From: an uncultured Syntrophobacterales bacterium
GTDB taxonomy: Bacteria > Desulfobacterota > Desulfobaccia > Desulfobaccales > 0-14-0-80-60-11
Direction: 5' to 3'
NCBI GenBank assembly: GCA_965602785.1
Contig: CBFDAH010000002.1
Coordinates: forward strand, 1 to 63,326
DNA length: 63,326 nt
Shown: positions 1 through 8,181 of the stretch, in pieces
Position numbering within the stretch: the stretch's first letter is position 1
Layout: each line of letters opens with the position of its first letter
Notes under the pieces: model-generated
What the model was told of the DNA's origin: nothing
Seen by the model: the letters and a program-made list of their open reading frames with translations, nothing else
Database searches by the model: none
Program-made: the position numbers and the translations under genes

Positions 1-425
1 TGGTTCGCAGAAAAGCGAACCGCCCGAACCTCTCGGCCGGACCTCCGGTAACTGCCCCAATTATTTAGGATAGCGCCCCGCAGAGATAGGCTGGGTCTAA
101 AGGAGCAGCAGCCTGTGGGGAATTATGCTCCCCGCTTGGGAAAAATTTCCCCAGCGTTCCCCCTGCAACTCGAGTTTGGGATCCTGGTATTCGAGAGGTG
201 GGCAGGGGGTCCACAGACGAGACTTCCCGGGCCATTGCCCCTGTCCCCTTTTTCAAACCTTCTCCCCCAGCGGGGAAAGGGAAGGTGAGGAACTTTCCCG
301 GGCAATGTAGACGGATTTTGGTGACTTGACAGAAGCGGGTATGGATCTATCCGGAGGAGGACCCTGCACGTGGTATTCTCTTAATGTGCCCAGCGGATTT
401 GGGTCAAGGTTCTGTAGTTTTTCCG

Positions 426-456
426 CCACAGGTCTCGGGACCTTTGTGGTTTTTTT
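426..456 (+). terminator. Intrinsic-terminator-like hairpin (CCACAGGTC..GACCTTTGTGG) followed by T7, with no credible ORF upstream of it
   Basis: Stem 426-449 with a TCGG loop, then TTTTTTT at 450-456. Only short low-quality ORFs lie in 1-425. Confidence 0.45.
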
Positions 457-578
457 ACCACGCGGCGTGAAAACAAGTCCGGCATGAGGAAAATTTATAA
501 GTATTATTACTGTGTTATATGAGCAAAAAACCTGGCTGGAATGGTATGCCCCTTGCACAACCGTTTGGCGGGGGAGAT

Positions 579-1496
579 ATGATCTGGCAAAAAAGCATAT
601 TACGGCCCGTCACCATCACCGGCATCGGCTTGCACGGCGGTCAGCCGGTGACCATGACGATATTTCCTGCTGCAGCCAACCATGGGCTTAAGTTCATCCG
701 GACCGACTTACCCGGTAGACCCCAGGTGCGGGCCCATTGCAGCCGGGTGGTGGATACCAATCGGGCTACAACTCTGGGAGAGGGTCCGGCCACCCTGGCA
801 ACAGTGGAGCATGTGCTTGCGGCCCTCTACGGTCTGGGGATCGACAACGCCGTCATCGAAGTGGACGGCCCCGAGGTCCCCATCATGGACGGCAGCGCCC
901 GACCTATAACGGATCTGTTAGTGCAGACCGGCTTGAGCACCCTGCCCTGGCCGCGGGCCTATCTCCAGTTACACAAGCCGGTGGAGCTGTCCAACGGGGA
1001 TGGTTGGATACGGCTGACGCCGGGACAGTTTCGCATCACCTACTCAATAGATTTTCCCCATCCCCTGATTCGGCGACAGCGGTTCACCGTGCCTTTGAAT
1101 TCCGACAATTTCCGCCGGGAGATCGCCCCGGCCCGGACCTTCGGATTTTTAAAGGAAGTTCAGTTCCTCCAGTCCCGGGGACTGGCCAGAGGCGGTTCCC
1201 TGGACAACGCCATAGTCCTGGATGACACCGGCGTCCTGAATCCCGATGGCCTGAGGTTCCCGGAGGAGTTCGTGCGTCATAAGATCCTGGACGCGCTGGG
1301 CGATCTGGCCCTTCTCGGCCATCCCATTATAGGGCGGCTGGAGGTAAGCCGGGGCAGTCACGAGTTACACCAAAGCTTCGTCCAACACCTCATCCACCAG
1401 GAAGACGCCTGGCGCCTGTGGGTGCCGTCTATCCACAATCGGGAGCCGCGGCGCGCCGCGGTGCCTGCCGCTCTCTGGCAGGGTGCCCCAGCATAG
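579..1496 (+). CDS. lpxC: UDP-3-O-acyl-N-acetylglucosamine deacetylase
   Basis: The N-terminus MIWQKSILRPVTITGIGLHGGQPVTMTIFPA..FIRTDL is typical of LpxC. GGGGAGA lies just upstream of the ATG at 579. The track ORF starts at 519, and I prefer the internal start. Confidence 0.9.
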   Translation: MIWQKSILRPVTITGIGLHGGQPVTMTIFPAAANHGLKFIRTDLPGRPQVRAHCSRVVDTNRATTLGEGPATLATVEHVLAALYGLGIDNAVIEVDGPEVPIMDGSARPITDLLVQTGLSTLPWPRAYLQLHKPVELSNGDGWIRLTPGQFRITYSIDFPHPLIRRQRFTVPLNSDNFRREIAPARTFGFLKEVQFLQSRGLARGGSLDNAIVLDDTGVLNPDGLRFPEEFVRHKILDALGDLALLGHPIIGRLEVSRGSHELHQSFVQHLIHQEDAWRLWVPSIHNREPRRAAVPAALWQGAPA

Positions 1497-1521
1497 AATT
1501 TAATCTGAGTTATTTTAGGCT

Positions 1522-1569
1522 GCGCCCCCTGCAACCGGGATGTGGGTAACCAGGGGGCGCTTTTTTTTT
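1522..1569 (+). terminator. Rho-independent terminator after lpxC
   Basis: GCGCCCCCTG (1522-1531) pairs with CAGGGGGCGC (1551-1560), followed by a run of 9 T. Confidence 0.7.
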
Positions 1570-1632
1570 ATTGGAGAGGATATCGTCTCTTCTTAAGCTA
1601 TTTGGGTTATGCCAGCGTCGGCGGCTGCAGGT

Positions 1633-1667
1633 TAAAAAAAACAAGAGAGGCGGGCTTGTCGCCCGCC
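1633..1667 (-). terminator. Terminator-like hairpin after mtaB (minus strand)
   Basis: On the minus strand GGCGGGC-GACAA-GCCCGCC is followed by TCTCTTGTTTTTTTT. Confidence 0.5.
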
Positions 1668-1732
1668 CCCTGGTGGACTCCCCCGGTTAAGATCTGGTTC
1701 CTTCTCTGCAAGACACCGACTCCGATTCCATT

Positions 1733-3037
1733 TTAGGGTATCACTTCACCCAGCATCATCTCCTCCTCGACCTTAAGGAATTTCACGGTCAGGCGACGGT
1801 TCCGCCACTCGGGGGGGCCGGGGATAAGGACCCGCAGATAATTGGCGCTCAGGCCCTTGAGCCACCCCGGACGTCCGGCAGCCGGGCCCTCCACCAGCAC
1901 TTCTCCCACCTTCCCCACGTTAGCCTGATAGAATGCCGCCTTCTTGATTCGGCCCACATCTCGCATAATCCGAGCCCGTCGCTGAACCTCCTGGCTGGGC
2001 AGCGGCTTGAGGGCTTGGGCTGGGGTGCCGGGGCGGGGGGAAAAGGGGAAAACATGCAGATAGGCCACGGGCAAACTCTTCACCAGGACCCGGGTGGCTT
2101 CAAAGTCGGCCCCCGTTTCTCCAGGGAAACCCACGAGGATGTCCAGACCCAGGGCGGCCAGAGGGAAGCGCCGGTGAAGCTCCAGCACCAGATTCCGGAA
2201 ATGCTCGGGGTGGTAAGGCCGCGCCATGGCTTGCAGCACTGGGGCGGCCCCGCTTTGCAGAGGCAGATGAAAATGGGGGCAGAGGTTGGGAAAGGCCGCC
2301 AGGGCTTCCACCAACTCCGAGGTCAGCTCCTGGGGCTCCAGAGAGCTGAGCCGCACCCGGAAAGGCCAGGATCGCGGCGCCAGAGTTCGAAGAAGGCCGG
2401 CCAGGGAACCGGGTGGGGCTAAGTCCTGGCCATACTGCCCCAGGTCGATGCCGGTGAGGACCACCTCCTGATAGCCCCGCGCAGCCAGGGCTTCCAGGGA
2501 GGCCGTCACCTCCGGCGGGGGCAGGCTGCGGGCGGGCCCCCGGACTGCAGGGACAATGCAGTAGCTGCAGGCGTGGTTACAGCCGTCCTGGATCTTGAGC
2601 CAGGCCCGGGTATGCTCGGGAAAGCTGTGGACCGGCCAGATCTGGAAGGGTTCCTGGGGGGCAAAGTCCTGCACCTGGATATGGAGCCCTGGGTTTTCCC
2701 TTTTCGGGGCGAGTATCTTGGCTAATCCGACCTTTTCCCGGTTGCCAAAGACCTTTGCCACCCCCGGCAGGCCACCCAACTCCTCCGGGGCCCGCTGAGC
2801 GTAACAACCGGTGACCCAGAGCCGTACACCGGGGTGCTGCCGGGCCAGGCGGCGCACGGTTTGACGGGCTTGCTGGTCGGCCCGGACCGTCACCGTGCAG
2901 GTGTTCACCACCACCAAATCCGGCGCGACCTCGGCAGGAGCCGGCTCAAAGCCGGAATTCACCAGGACTTCGGCCATCCCCGCCGACTCGAATTGGTTTA
3001 CCTTGCACCCGAAGGTGATGATCTGGAAATAAGGCAT
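1733..3037 (-). CDS. mtaB: Radical SAM tRNA methylthiotransferase, MtaB/MiaB family
   Basis: N-terminal UPF0004 pattern FQIITFGCKVNQFES, a radical SAM CNHACSYC (CxxxCxxC) motif and a C-terminal TRAM-like region. Confidence 0.85.
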   Translation of the reverse strand: MPYFQIITFGCKVNQFESAGMAEVLVNSGFEPAPAEVAPDLVVVNTCTVTVRADQQARQTVRRLARQHPGVRLWVTGCYAQRAPEELGGLPGVAKVFGNREKVGLAKILAPKRENPGLHIQVQDFAPQEPFQIWPVHSFPEHTRAWLKIQDGCNHACSYCIVPAVRGPARSLPPPEVTASLEALAARGYQEVVLTGIDLGQYGQDLAPPGSLAGLLRTLAPRSWPFRVRLSSLEPQELTSELVEALAAFPNLCPHFHLPLQSGAAPVLQAMARPYHPEHFRNLVLELHRRFPLAALGLDILVGFPGETGADFEATRVLVKSLPVAYLHVFPFSPRPGTPAQALKPLPSQEVQRRARIMRDVGRIKKAAFYQANVGKVGEVLVEGPAAGRPGWLKGLSANYLRVLIPGPPEWRNRRLTVKFLKVEEEMMLGEVIP

Positions 3038-3140
3038 GGATCAGGTTTATGCTTTGGTCTTGAGGGGAGGGCCGGGGGATGGAAAATCCCCCGCCTTGAG
3101 GGCACGGCAGGCCGTGTTCCTGCAACTCCCTTCCCCCGCC

Positions 3141-4190
3141 TCACTTTATTCTTTCCTCTATCCAGGCGCCTCCCAGGAGGCGGTCGCCGTCATAGAAGGC
3201 CACGGCCTGGCCGGGGGTCACCGCCGCCTGGGGGGTGGCAAAGGTAACTTCCACGATACCCTCCTTGACGGTCTCAACAACTGCCTCGACTCCCGGATGG
3301 CGGTAGCGGATCATCGCGGTGGCTGACAGTTTCCCTGGGGGTGGTTCGATGAGCCAGTTCATGTCCCGGGCCCGAAGGCCTTGGGAGTAGAGCTCCCGTT
3401 GGGGACCGATTACCACCCGATTGCTCTCTGGCTGGATCTCAAGGACATAGTATGGCTCCCGGGCCGGCGTCCTCAAGCCCCGCCGCTGGCCTACGGTGTA
3501 GTTTTCCACCCCCCGATGCTTCCCGAGAACTCGGCCCCGGTAGTCCACCAGGTCCCCGGGTAAGCCCCTTTGTCCCCGATGGGCCCACAGAAAATCCTGG
3601 TAGCCATTTTGGGAAATGAAGCAAATGTCCTGACTTTCCTGGCAGCTTGACAGGTGGGGTAGCCCCAACCTCTGGAAATGGGCCCGCACTTCCTTCTTGG
3701 TCATTTCTCCCAAGGGGAAAAGGAGGTGGGGCAACAACTCCCGGGGCAGCCGGCAAAGGAAGTACGATTGGTCCTTGGTGCGATCCAGGCCCCGAAAGAC
3801 TCCCAATGAGCCGTCGGGCAAAGACTTAAGCCGCGTGTAGTGTCCAGTAGCCAGGTAGGTGGCTCCCTGGGTCTTGACCTTTTCCCACAGCACCCCAAAC
3901 TTGATGACCGCATTGCAGCGAACACAGGGATTGGGGGTGCGGCCCTGGAAGTATTCGTCCACGAAGTAATCTACCACCTGGTGGGCAAAGTCCTGCCGCA
4001 GGTCCAGGATTTCCAGAGAAATGCCTAATCGGGTTGCCAAAGTGGCCAGGTCAGGGGGCGGGGAGGAGCTTTCCCCCAGCCGCAGATGCACTCCCCAGAC
4101 CACAATGCCCTGTTGGCTGAGGAGATGAGCGGCCACGGCGCTGTCCACGCCGCCGCTGAGGGCTACTGCCACCTTAGTCTTGAGGTTCAT
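3141..4190 (-). CDS. mnmA: tRNA-specific 2-thiouridylase
   Basis: PP-loop [15 protein letters not shown], the GHY..R motif and a conserved C-terminal barrel ending AFYDGD.LLGG. Confidence 0.9.
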   Translation of the reverse strand: MNLKTKVAVALSGGVDSAVAAHLLSQQGIVVWGVHLRLGESSSPPPDLATLATRLGISLEILDLRQDFAHQVVDYFVDEYFQGRTPNPCVRCNAVIKFGVLWEKVKTQGATYLATGHYTRLKSLPDGSLGVFRGLDRTKDQSYFLCRLPRELLPHLLFPLGEMTKKEVRAHFQRLGLPHLSSCQESQDICFISQNGYQDFLWAHRGQRGLPGDLVDYRGRVLGKHRGVENYTVGQRRGLRTPAREPYYVLEIQPESNRVVIGPQRELYSQGLRARDMNWLIEPPPGKLSATAMIRYRHPGVEAVVETVKEGIVEVTFATPQAAVTPGQAVAFYDGDRLLGGAWIEERIK

Positions 4191-4344
4191 ATTTGAAAAA
4201 GTTAAAACAGTGTTTAAAAATCTTGTAAAGGAAGTTAACTTTTCTGTTCAGTATATAATGTATTGAAATTTTTGAAAATGCCGCAGAACTGAAAGGAAAT
4301 CGCCCTCTGCCCTGTTCACCAACCTGAACAACCTGGCACAAAAG

Positions 4345-4773
4345 CTAGCCGTTCAGGGTCACTTGGTGGGCCAGATTGGCGAAGCTCGGAAACTCCAGGA
4401 AATTAACGGCGACGCCGTAGTGGCCGTTTTCCGGGAAGGGCCCCTCCAGGCGCATAATTTCGCCCCGGACCTGGATATGGGTGTGGTCGAATTGGCTCAG
4501 AGGAGGCAGGGGGGTGGAGATGCTAATGGTGAGAATGTAGCCGGGCTTGAAGGGTATTGGCTCCCGTGAGTGAAAGTAAACGCCGCTGAGGCTGAAATCT
4601 TTCAGAACCCCCTGGCCATCGTGGTATTCACCAGACTCGGGGTGGAAGGCGCCGAATTCCACCGGCAACGTCACCAGCAGGCGTTGGAAGCGACGTTTTT
4701 CCCCAGTAAAATCCAACGTGAACTCTTTGGGGGAGCCGTTCAGCGGGGGAATCATCATTTTTCCGTAATGCAC
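4345..4773 (-). CDS. PilZ domain protein (putative c-di-GMP receptor)
   Basis: RRFQR matches the RxxxR motif and DFSLSG matches the (D/N)xSxxG motif. The start codon is uncertain: GTG at 4773 or ATG at 4758. Confidence 0.7.
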   Translation of the reverse strand: MHYGKMMIPPLNGSPKEFTLDFTGEKRRFQRLLVTLPVEFGAFHPESGEYHDGQGVLKDFSLSGVYFHSREPIPFKPGYILTISISTPLPPLSQFDHTHIQVRGEIMRLEGPFPENGHYGVAVNFLEFPSFANLAHQVTLNG

Positions 4774-4910
4774 TCCCTATGCCAGCCTGCCAATCGAAAC
4801 TGTCTTCCTGGGGTGGATACCGGGTCGATATAATTCTTGACGGGTCGCGGCCTTTACTTTACCATGAAAAAAATTGTTGGCGGTTTTCCTCAAGAGTAGT
4901 GCACACCACA

Positions 4911-5729
4911 ATGAGCAATGTCCTCGCCATCATCAACCAGAAGGGCGGCACCGGCAAGACTACCACTGCCATAAACCTGGGAGCCTGCCTGGCTTACCAG
5001 GGTTTTCGCACGCTCCTGGTGGATTTGGATCCTCAGGCTCACACCACCATCGGCATCGGAGTTGACCCGGATTCTTTCGGGGAGTCCATGGCCGAAATCA
5101 TGAGCGTTCCCAAAAAGCCCATTGGTGATGTGGTGGTGCCCACCTACGTTCCCGGACTCTTCCTGGCGCCGGCTCACATCCGCCTGGCCCGGGCCTCGGA
5201 GCTGGCCTACACCAGGGTGTTCCGGGAGGCCATCCTAACCCAGGCTCTCAATGGCGCCGACTATGACTTTATCATCATCGATTGTCCTCCCTCCTTGGGC
5301 ATGCTCACCACCAACTCCTTGTTTGCCTGTAACTTTATCCTCATTCCCTGTCAGATCTCCCGGTATTCACTGGACGGTCTGGCGGATCTACTCACCACTA
5401 TCGAGATGGTGAAGGGGGTGGCCTTGAATGAGCTCTTTCAGGAGGACCACTTCCGGGTTTTGCTCACCATGTTCGATCGGCGCAACCGGGTTACCAACGA
5501 GTACATCCTGGAGCAACTGCGCCCTTATCGGGACAAGACCTTCGTTACCCTGGTGATGAAAAATGAGGCCCTGAACCAGGCCCAGATTGCTCAGCGGGCC
5601 ATCTTTGATTTTGACCCCAAAAGCACGGGGGCGCATGATTATCAGCAGCTCACCGATGAGTTCCTGGGGCTATGTCGAAAAAGAAACAGCTTACCGGCAA
5701 GAAAACCAAACTGGCAAAGCTGCCCCTGA
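4911..5729 (+). CDS. ParA/Soj-family P-loop ATPase (orphan; no ParB in the window)
   Basis: Deviant Walker A INQKGGTGKTTT, DLDPQ and IIIDCPPSLG. The track ORF starts at 4779, but the family N-terminus begins at MSNVLAII (4911). Confidence 0.85.
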   Translation: MSNVLAIINQKGGTGKTTTAINLGACLAYQGFRTLLVDLDPQAHTTIGIGVDPDSFGESMAEIMSVPKKPIGDVVVPTYVPGLFLAPAHIRLARASELAYTRVFREAILTQALNGADYDFIIIDCPPSLGMLTTNSLFACNFILIPCQISRYSLDGLADLLTTIEMVKGVALNELFQEDHFRVLLTMFDRRNRVTNEYILEQLRPYRDKTFVTLVMKNEALNQAQIAQRAIFDFDPKSTGAHDYQQLTDEFLGLCRKRNSLPARKPNWQSCP

Positions 5730-6046
5730 CCAAGGCCCTCTCCAAGGAGATGGAGGAGGAGCGGCCCGTTAGCACGGCGGTGACAGCTCCGGAGCCGGAG
5801 GCCCAGCAGCTCCCCCTCTCCTGGGAACGCCTGGAGGAAGGGGCCGCCGGCCTCCTCAACGCGGCTTACACTCTGGTGGTCCAGGACCTGTTGAGTATCA
5901 AGGCAGATTTTCCCTGGGCCGGGGAGGAGCCCCTTTCTCCGGAACAGATCCTGCCCACGGTTACACCTCCCACCCACCGGGTCAAGCAGGCCCTGCGCCA
6001 GGCCCGGGATGAGTTGACTGACCTCCACCGCCTTCTCTCCGGCTAA
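5672..6046 (+). CDS. Hypothetical small protein with a Lys-rich N-terminus; candidate ParA partner
   Basis: 124-aa ORF overlapping the ParA 3' end by 58 nt. The N-terminus is MSKKKQLTGKKTKLAK, followed by an acidic, helical remainder. I recognise no family. Confidence 0.45.
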   Translation: MSKKKQLTGKKTKLAKLPLTKALSKEMEEERPVSTAVTAPEPEAQQLPLSWERLEEGAAGLLNAAYTLVVQDLLSIKADFPWAGEEPLSPEQILPTVTPPTHRVKQALRQARDELTDLHRLLSG

Positions 6047-6054
6047 TCCAAGCG

Positions 6055-6104
6055 AAAAAAAGCCGGGCCGGGGACCTTCTGATCCCTGGCCCGGTTTCCT
6101 TTTG
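6055..6104. terminator. Bidirectional terminator between convergent genes
   Basis: An A-run, then GCCGGGCCGGGGA...TCCCTGGCCCGGT, then a T-rich tract. Confidence 0.65.
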
Positions 6105-6193
6105 GTGCTTCCTTAAGTTGTCAGCCGCGGGTACCTAAACCCGCTTTGTTTTATACATCTGAAGCTGGGGCGGCTGGCCCAGAGGGCCTGAAA

Positions 6194-6724
6194 TTATTTG
6201 CCTTTATCCTTAGGTGTTTGTTTTTTCTCCATGAGCGGAGGCGTTGAGGGCACCGGCTTAGCGGGCTTTGCGGCCATCTTCGCCTTCAGCTTGGCGATAT
6301 TGTCATTGACAGTCTTGCAAATCGAGCTTTCCTTGCCTAATTTCCGGGTTGGCTTGATGGCATTGCACAGACCGCCCACGAAACAGACGTCGACTACCTG
6401 GTCGAGGTATCTGCTACAATATTTCGTGGCTTGTTCCAGAAGCGCCATGGCTGTCTTGAGTTCGCCCTTTTGCGCCTCAATGGCTGCCAGGTTGTTGAGG
6501 GCAAAGGAATTGTTCATGTCAATTTTGGTGGCTTTCTTGAATTGAACTGCTGCTGCTTCGTATTTTCCCGCTCGAATGAGATCATACCCTTGAGCGATGG
6601 GAGTGTAAACATCCTGGCTCATTAAGGCCCCTCCTTTAGGGCCTTGAGCCATGCCAGGCGCCGCTAACAGCAGGCTCAGGCCCACCGCCAGCACCACCAC
6701 AACTACCAAACGCATACGACGCAT
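6194..6724 (-). CDS. Secreted TPR-like protein
   Basis: Signal peptide MRRMRLVVVVVLAVGLSLLLAAPGMAQ, TPR-like helices and a Lys/Pro-rich tail. Confidence 0.6.
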   Translation of the reverse strand: MRRMRLVVVVVLAVGLSLLLAAPGMAQGPKGGALMSQDVYTPIAQGYDLIRAGKYEAAAVQFKKATKIDMNNSFALNNLAAIEAQKGELKTAMALLEQATKYCSRYLDQVVDVCFVGGLCNAIKPTRKLGKESSICKTVNDNIAKLKAKMAAKPAKPVPSTPPLMEKKQTPKDKGK

Positions 6725-6914
6725 AATGCCTCTCCTTTGTGTGACTTGCGGATCAATGCCGCCCCTGTTTTTTTCTTTTCCGATATTAAATCGTTTTTAC
6801 CAATTGTCAAGGGAAAGATGCACTCCAAGGGGTTTTTTGGGATGCAGCCGGTTGCTTTATGGTGGTCTTTCCCTCCCTTTTTCCCAGGTCTACCCGGCCC
6901 TAGCTATGAAAACT

Positions 6915-7325
6915 TCATTCCGACAGCAGCCATACCGCCACCAGGGCCAGGATGAGGCCCGCCAGGTGCCGGGGGGTGATGCTCTCCTTTAAAAAGAGCC
7001 AACTCAACGTCACCGTCACCAAAGGATACAGGGACGTCAAGGGCACCACCACCGAAGCTTCCCCCTGGGACAAGGCCCGGAAAAAAAATAACAGGGCGAA
7101 GGCGGTGGCCAGGCCGGCGCCCACGGATGCAGCCCAACCCACCGGATGCCAGGGAATTTTCCCCCCGGTTTCGTATAACAGGATACCGAACACTGGCAAA
7201 TAGCCGAAGATGCCAAGAATTAAAGCCGCCTGCGGGCCCAGGTGTTGGGTGCCCACTTTACTGAACACGCCCCACAAGCCCCAGGCCATAATGGCCGCCA
7301 GCGATAGTCCCAGCCAGGTGGACAT
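6915..7325 (-). CDS. EamA/DMT-family small membrane transporter (single EamA domain)
   Basis: Polytopic hydrophobic protein. AAGGAGG lies immediately upstream of the ATG at 7325; the track ORF extends to 7361. Confidence 0.65.
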   Translation of the reverse strand: MSTWLGLSLAAIMAWGLWGVFSKVGTQHLGPQAALILGIFGYLPVFGILLYETGGKIPWHPVGWAASVGAGLATAFALLFFFRALSQGEASVVVPLTSLYPLVTVTLSWLFLKESITPRHLAGLILALVAVWLLSE

Positions 7326-7450
7326 TTCCCCTCCTTCCCTTGCCTCCCCAGGTTTTTTCATTTAAATATGTTAATTTGAGACAAGGTGCAAGGACGTTTG
7401 GCTTTTGGTATAGACCGGCCTGGCCATGGACCGGTGAGGGAGGCTGATAG

Positions 7451-8170
7451 ATGAACATCATGGGCCATCGGGGGGCTGCGGCCTATGAGCCGGAGAACAC
7501 CCTGCGCAGTATCCGCTTGGCCCTCAAGATGGGGGTAGCCGCGGTGGAGGTGGACGTCCAGCTCACCAAAGACGGCGAGTTGGCGGTGATCCACGACCGC
7601 ACCGTTGACCGAACTACCAACGGCGCCGGCTCGGTCAGGGACTTCACCCTGGCGGAACTTAAGCGCCTGGACGCCGGTAAAGGGGAACCCATACCCTCCC
7701 TGGCGGATGTGGTGGAAGCAATGGCGGGGCGGGTGCATCTGGTGGTAGAGGTCAAACACCCCGAAGCTGCGACGGCCGTGCTCAACTTTTTCCAGGTCCG
7801 GGAGATTTATGATCAGGCCCGTGTCATCTCCTTCTGGCACCCCTTGGTGAAGGCCCTGAAGGAGGCGGAACCCCGCTTGCGCACCGGGGTCCTTATGGTG
7901 GGCTCCCCCGTCGACCCGGTGGGGGTGGCCCGGGCAGCCCTGGCAGAGGCGTTGGTTCTGAACTACGCCTATGTCACCCCGGAATTAGTGGCCACCGCCC
8001 ACGCGGCCGGCCTCCTGGTTTACATTTGGAACATTGACGACGTGGAGACCCTTAAACCCTTTCTGGAAATGAAACTGGAGGGCATCGGCAGCAACCGCCC
8101 GGATGTATTGATAGAATATGTGAAAAGCCTGAGGGGAGGGCCGGGGGACCGGGCTTGCCCGGCCCCATAA
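7451..8170 (+). CDS. Glycerophosphodiester phosphodiesterase
   Basis: The GDPD signature HRGAAAYEPENT and EVDVQLTKDGELAVIHD. Confidence 0.85.
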   Translation: MNIMGHRGAAAYEPENTLRSIRLALKMGVAAVEVDVQLTKDGELAVIHDRTVDRTTNGAGSVRDFTLAELKRLDAGKGEPIPSLADVVEAMAGRVHLVVEVKHPEAATAVLNFFQVREIYDQARVISFWHPLVKALKEAEPRLRTGVLMVGSPVDPVGVARAALAEALVLNYAYVTPELVATAHAAGLLVYIWNIDDVETLKPFLEMKLEGIGSNRPDVLIEYVKSLRGGPGDRACPAP

Positions 8171-8181
8171 GGGAAAAGGGA

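Noticed and set aside
120-300. A third, degenerate copy of the MITE at the left edge of the window. AACTCGAG..TGGG..CCTGG and CTCCCCCAGCGGGGAAAGGGAAGGTGAGG resemble parts of the MITE core.
   Set aside because: The similarity is patchy, the segment order does not match, and no terminal inverted repeats (CGCTTATG) are present. It is probably just another member of the GGGGAGAGGG-type hairpin family.
1-460. Known structured RNAs (RNase P RNA, SRP/4.5S, tmRNA, 6S) in the ORF-free first 460 nt.
   Set aside because: I could not find the diagnostic motifs on either strand. These are GAGGAAAGUCC for RNase P, the GGAA/AGCA SRP domain IV loop context, and a tRNA-like CCA end for tmRNA.
4336-4351. TGGCAC-containing sequences as additional sigma-54 promoters (4336, 7837, 60155, 12139 on the minus strand).
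   Set aside because: The -12 GC is absent or shifted by one or more nucleotides, and the orientation or position does not precede a gene start.
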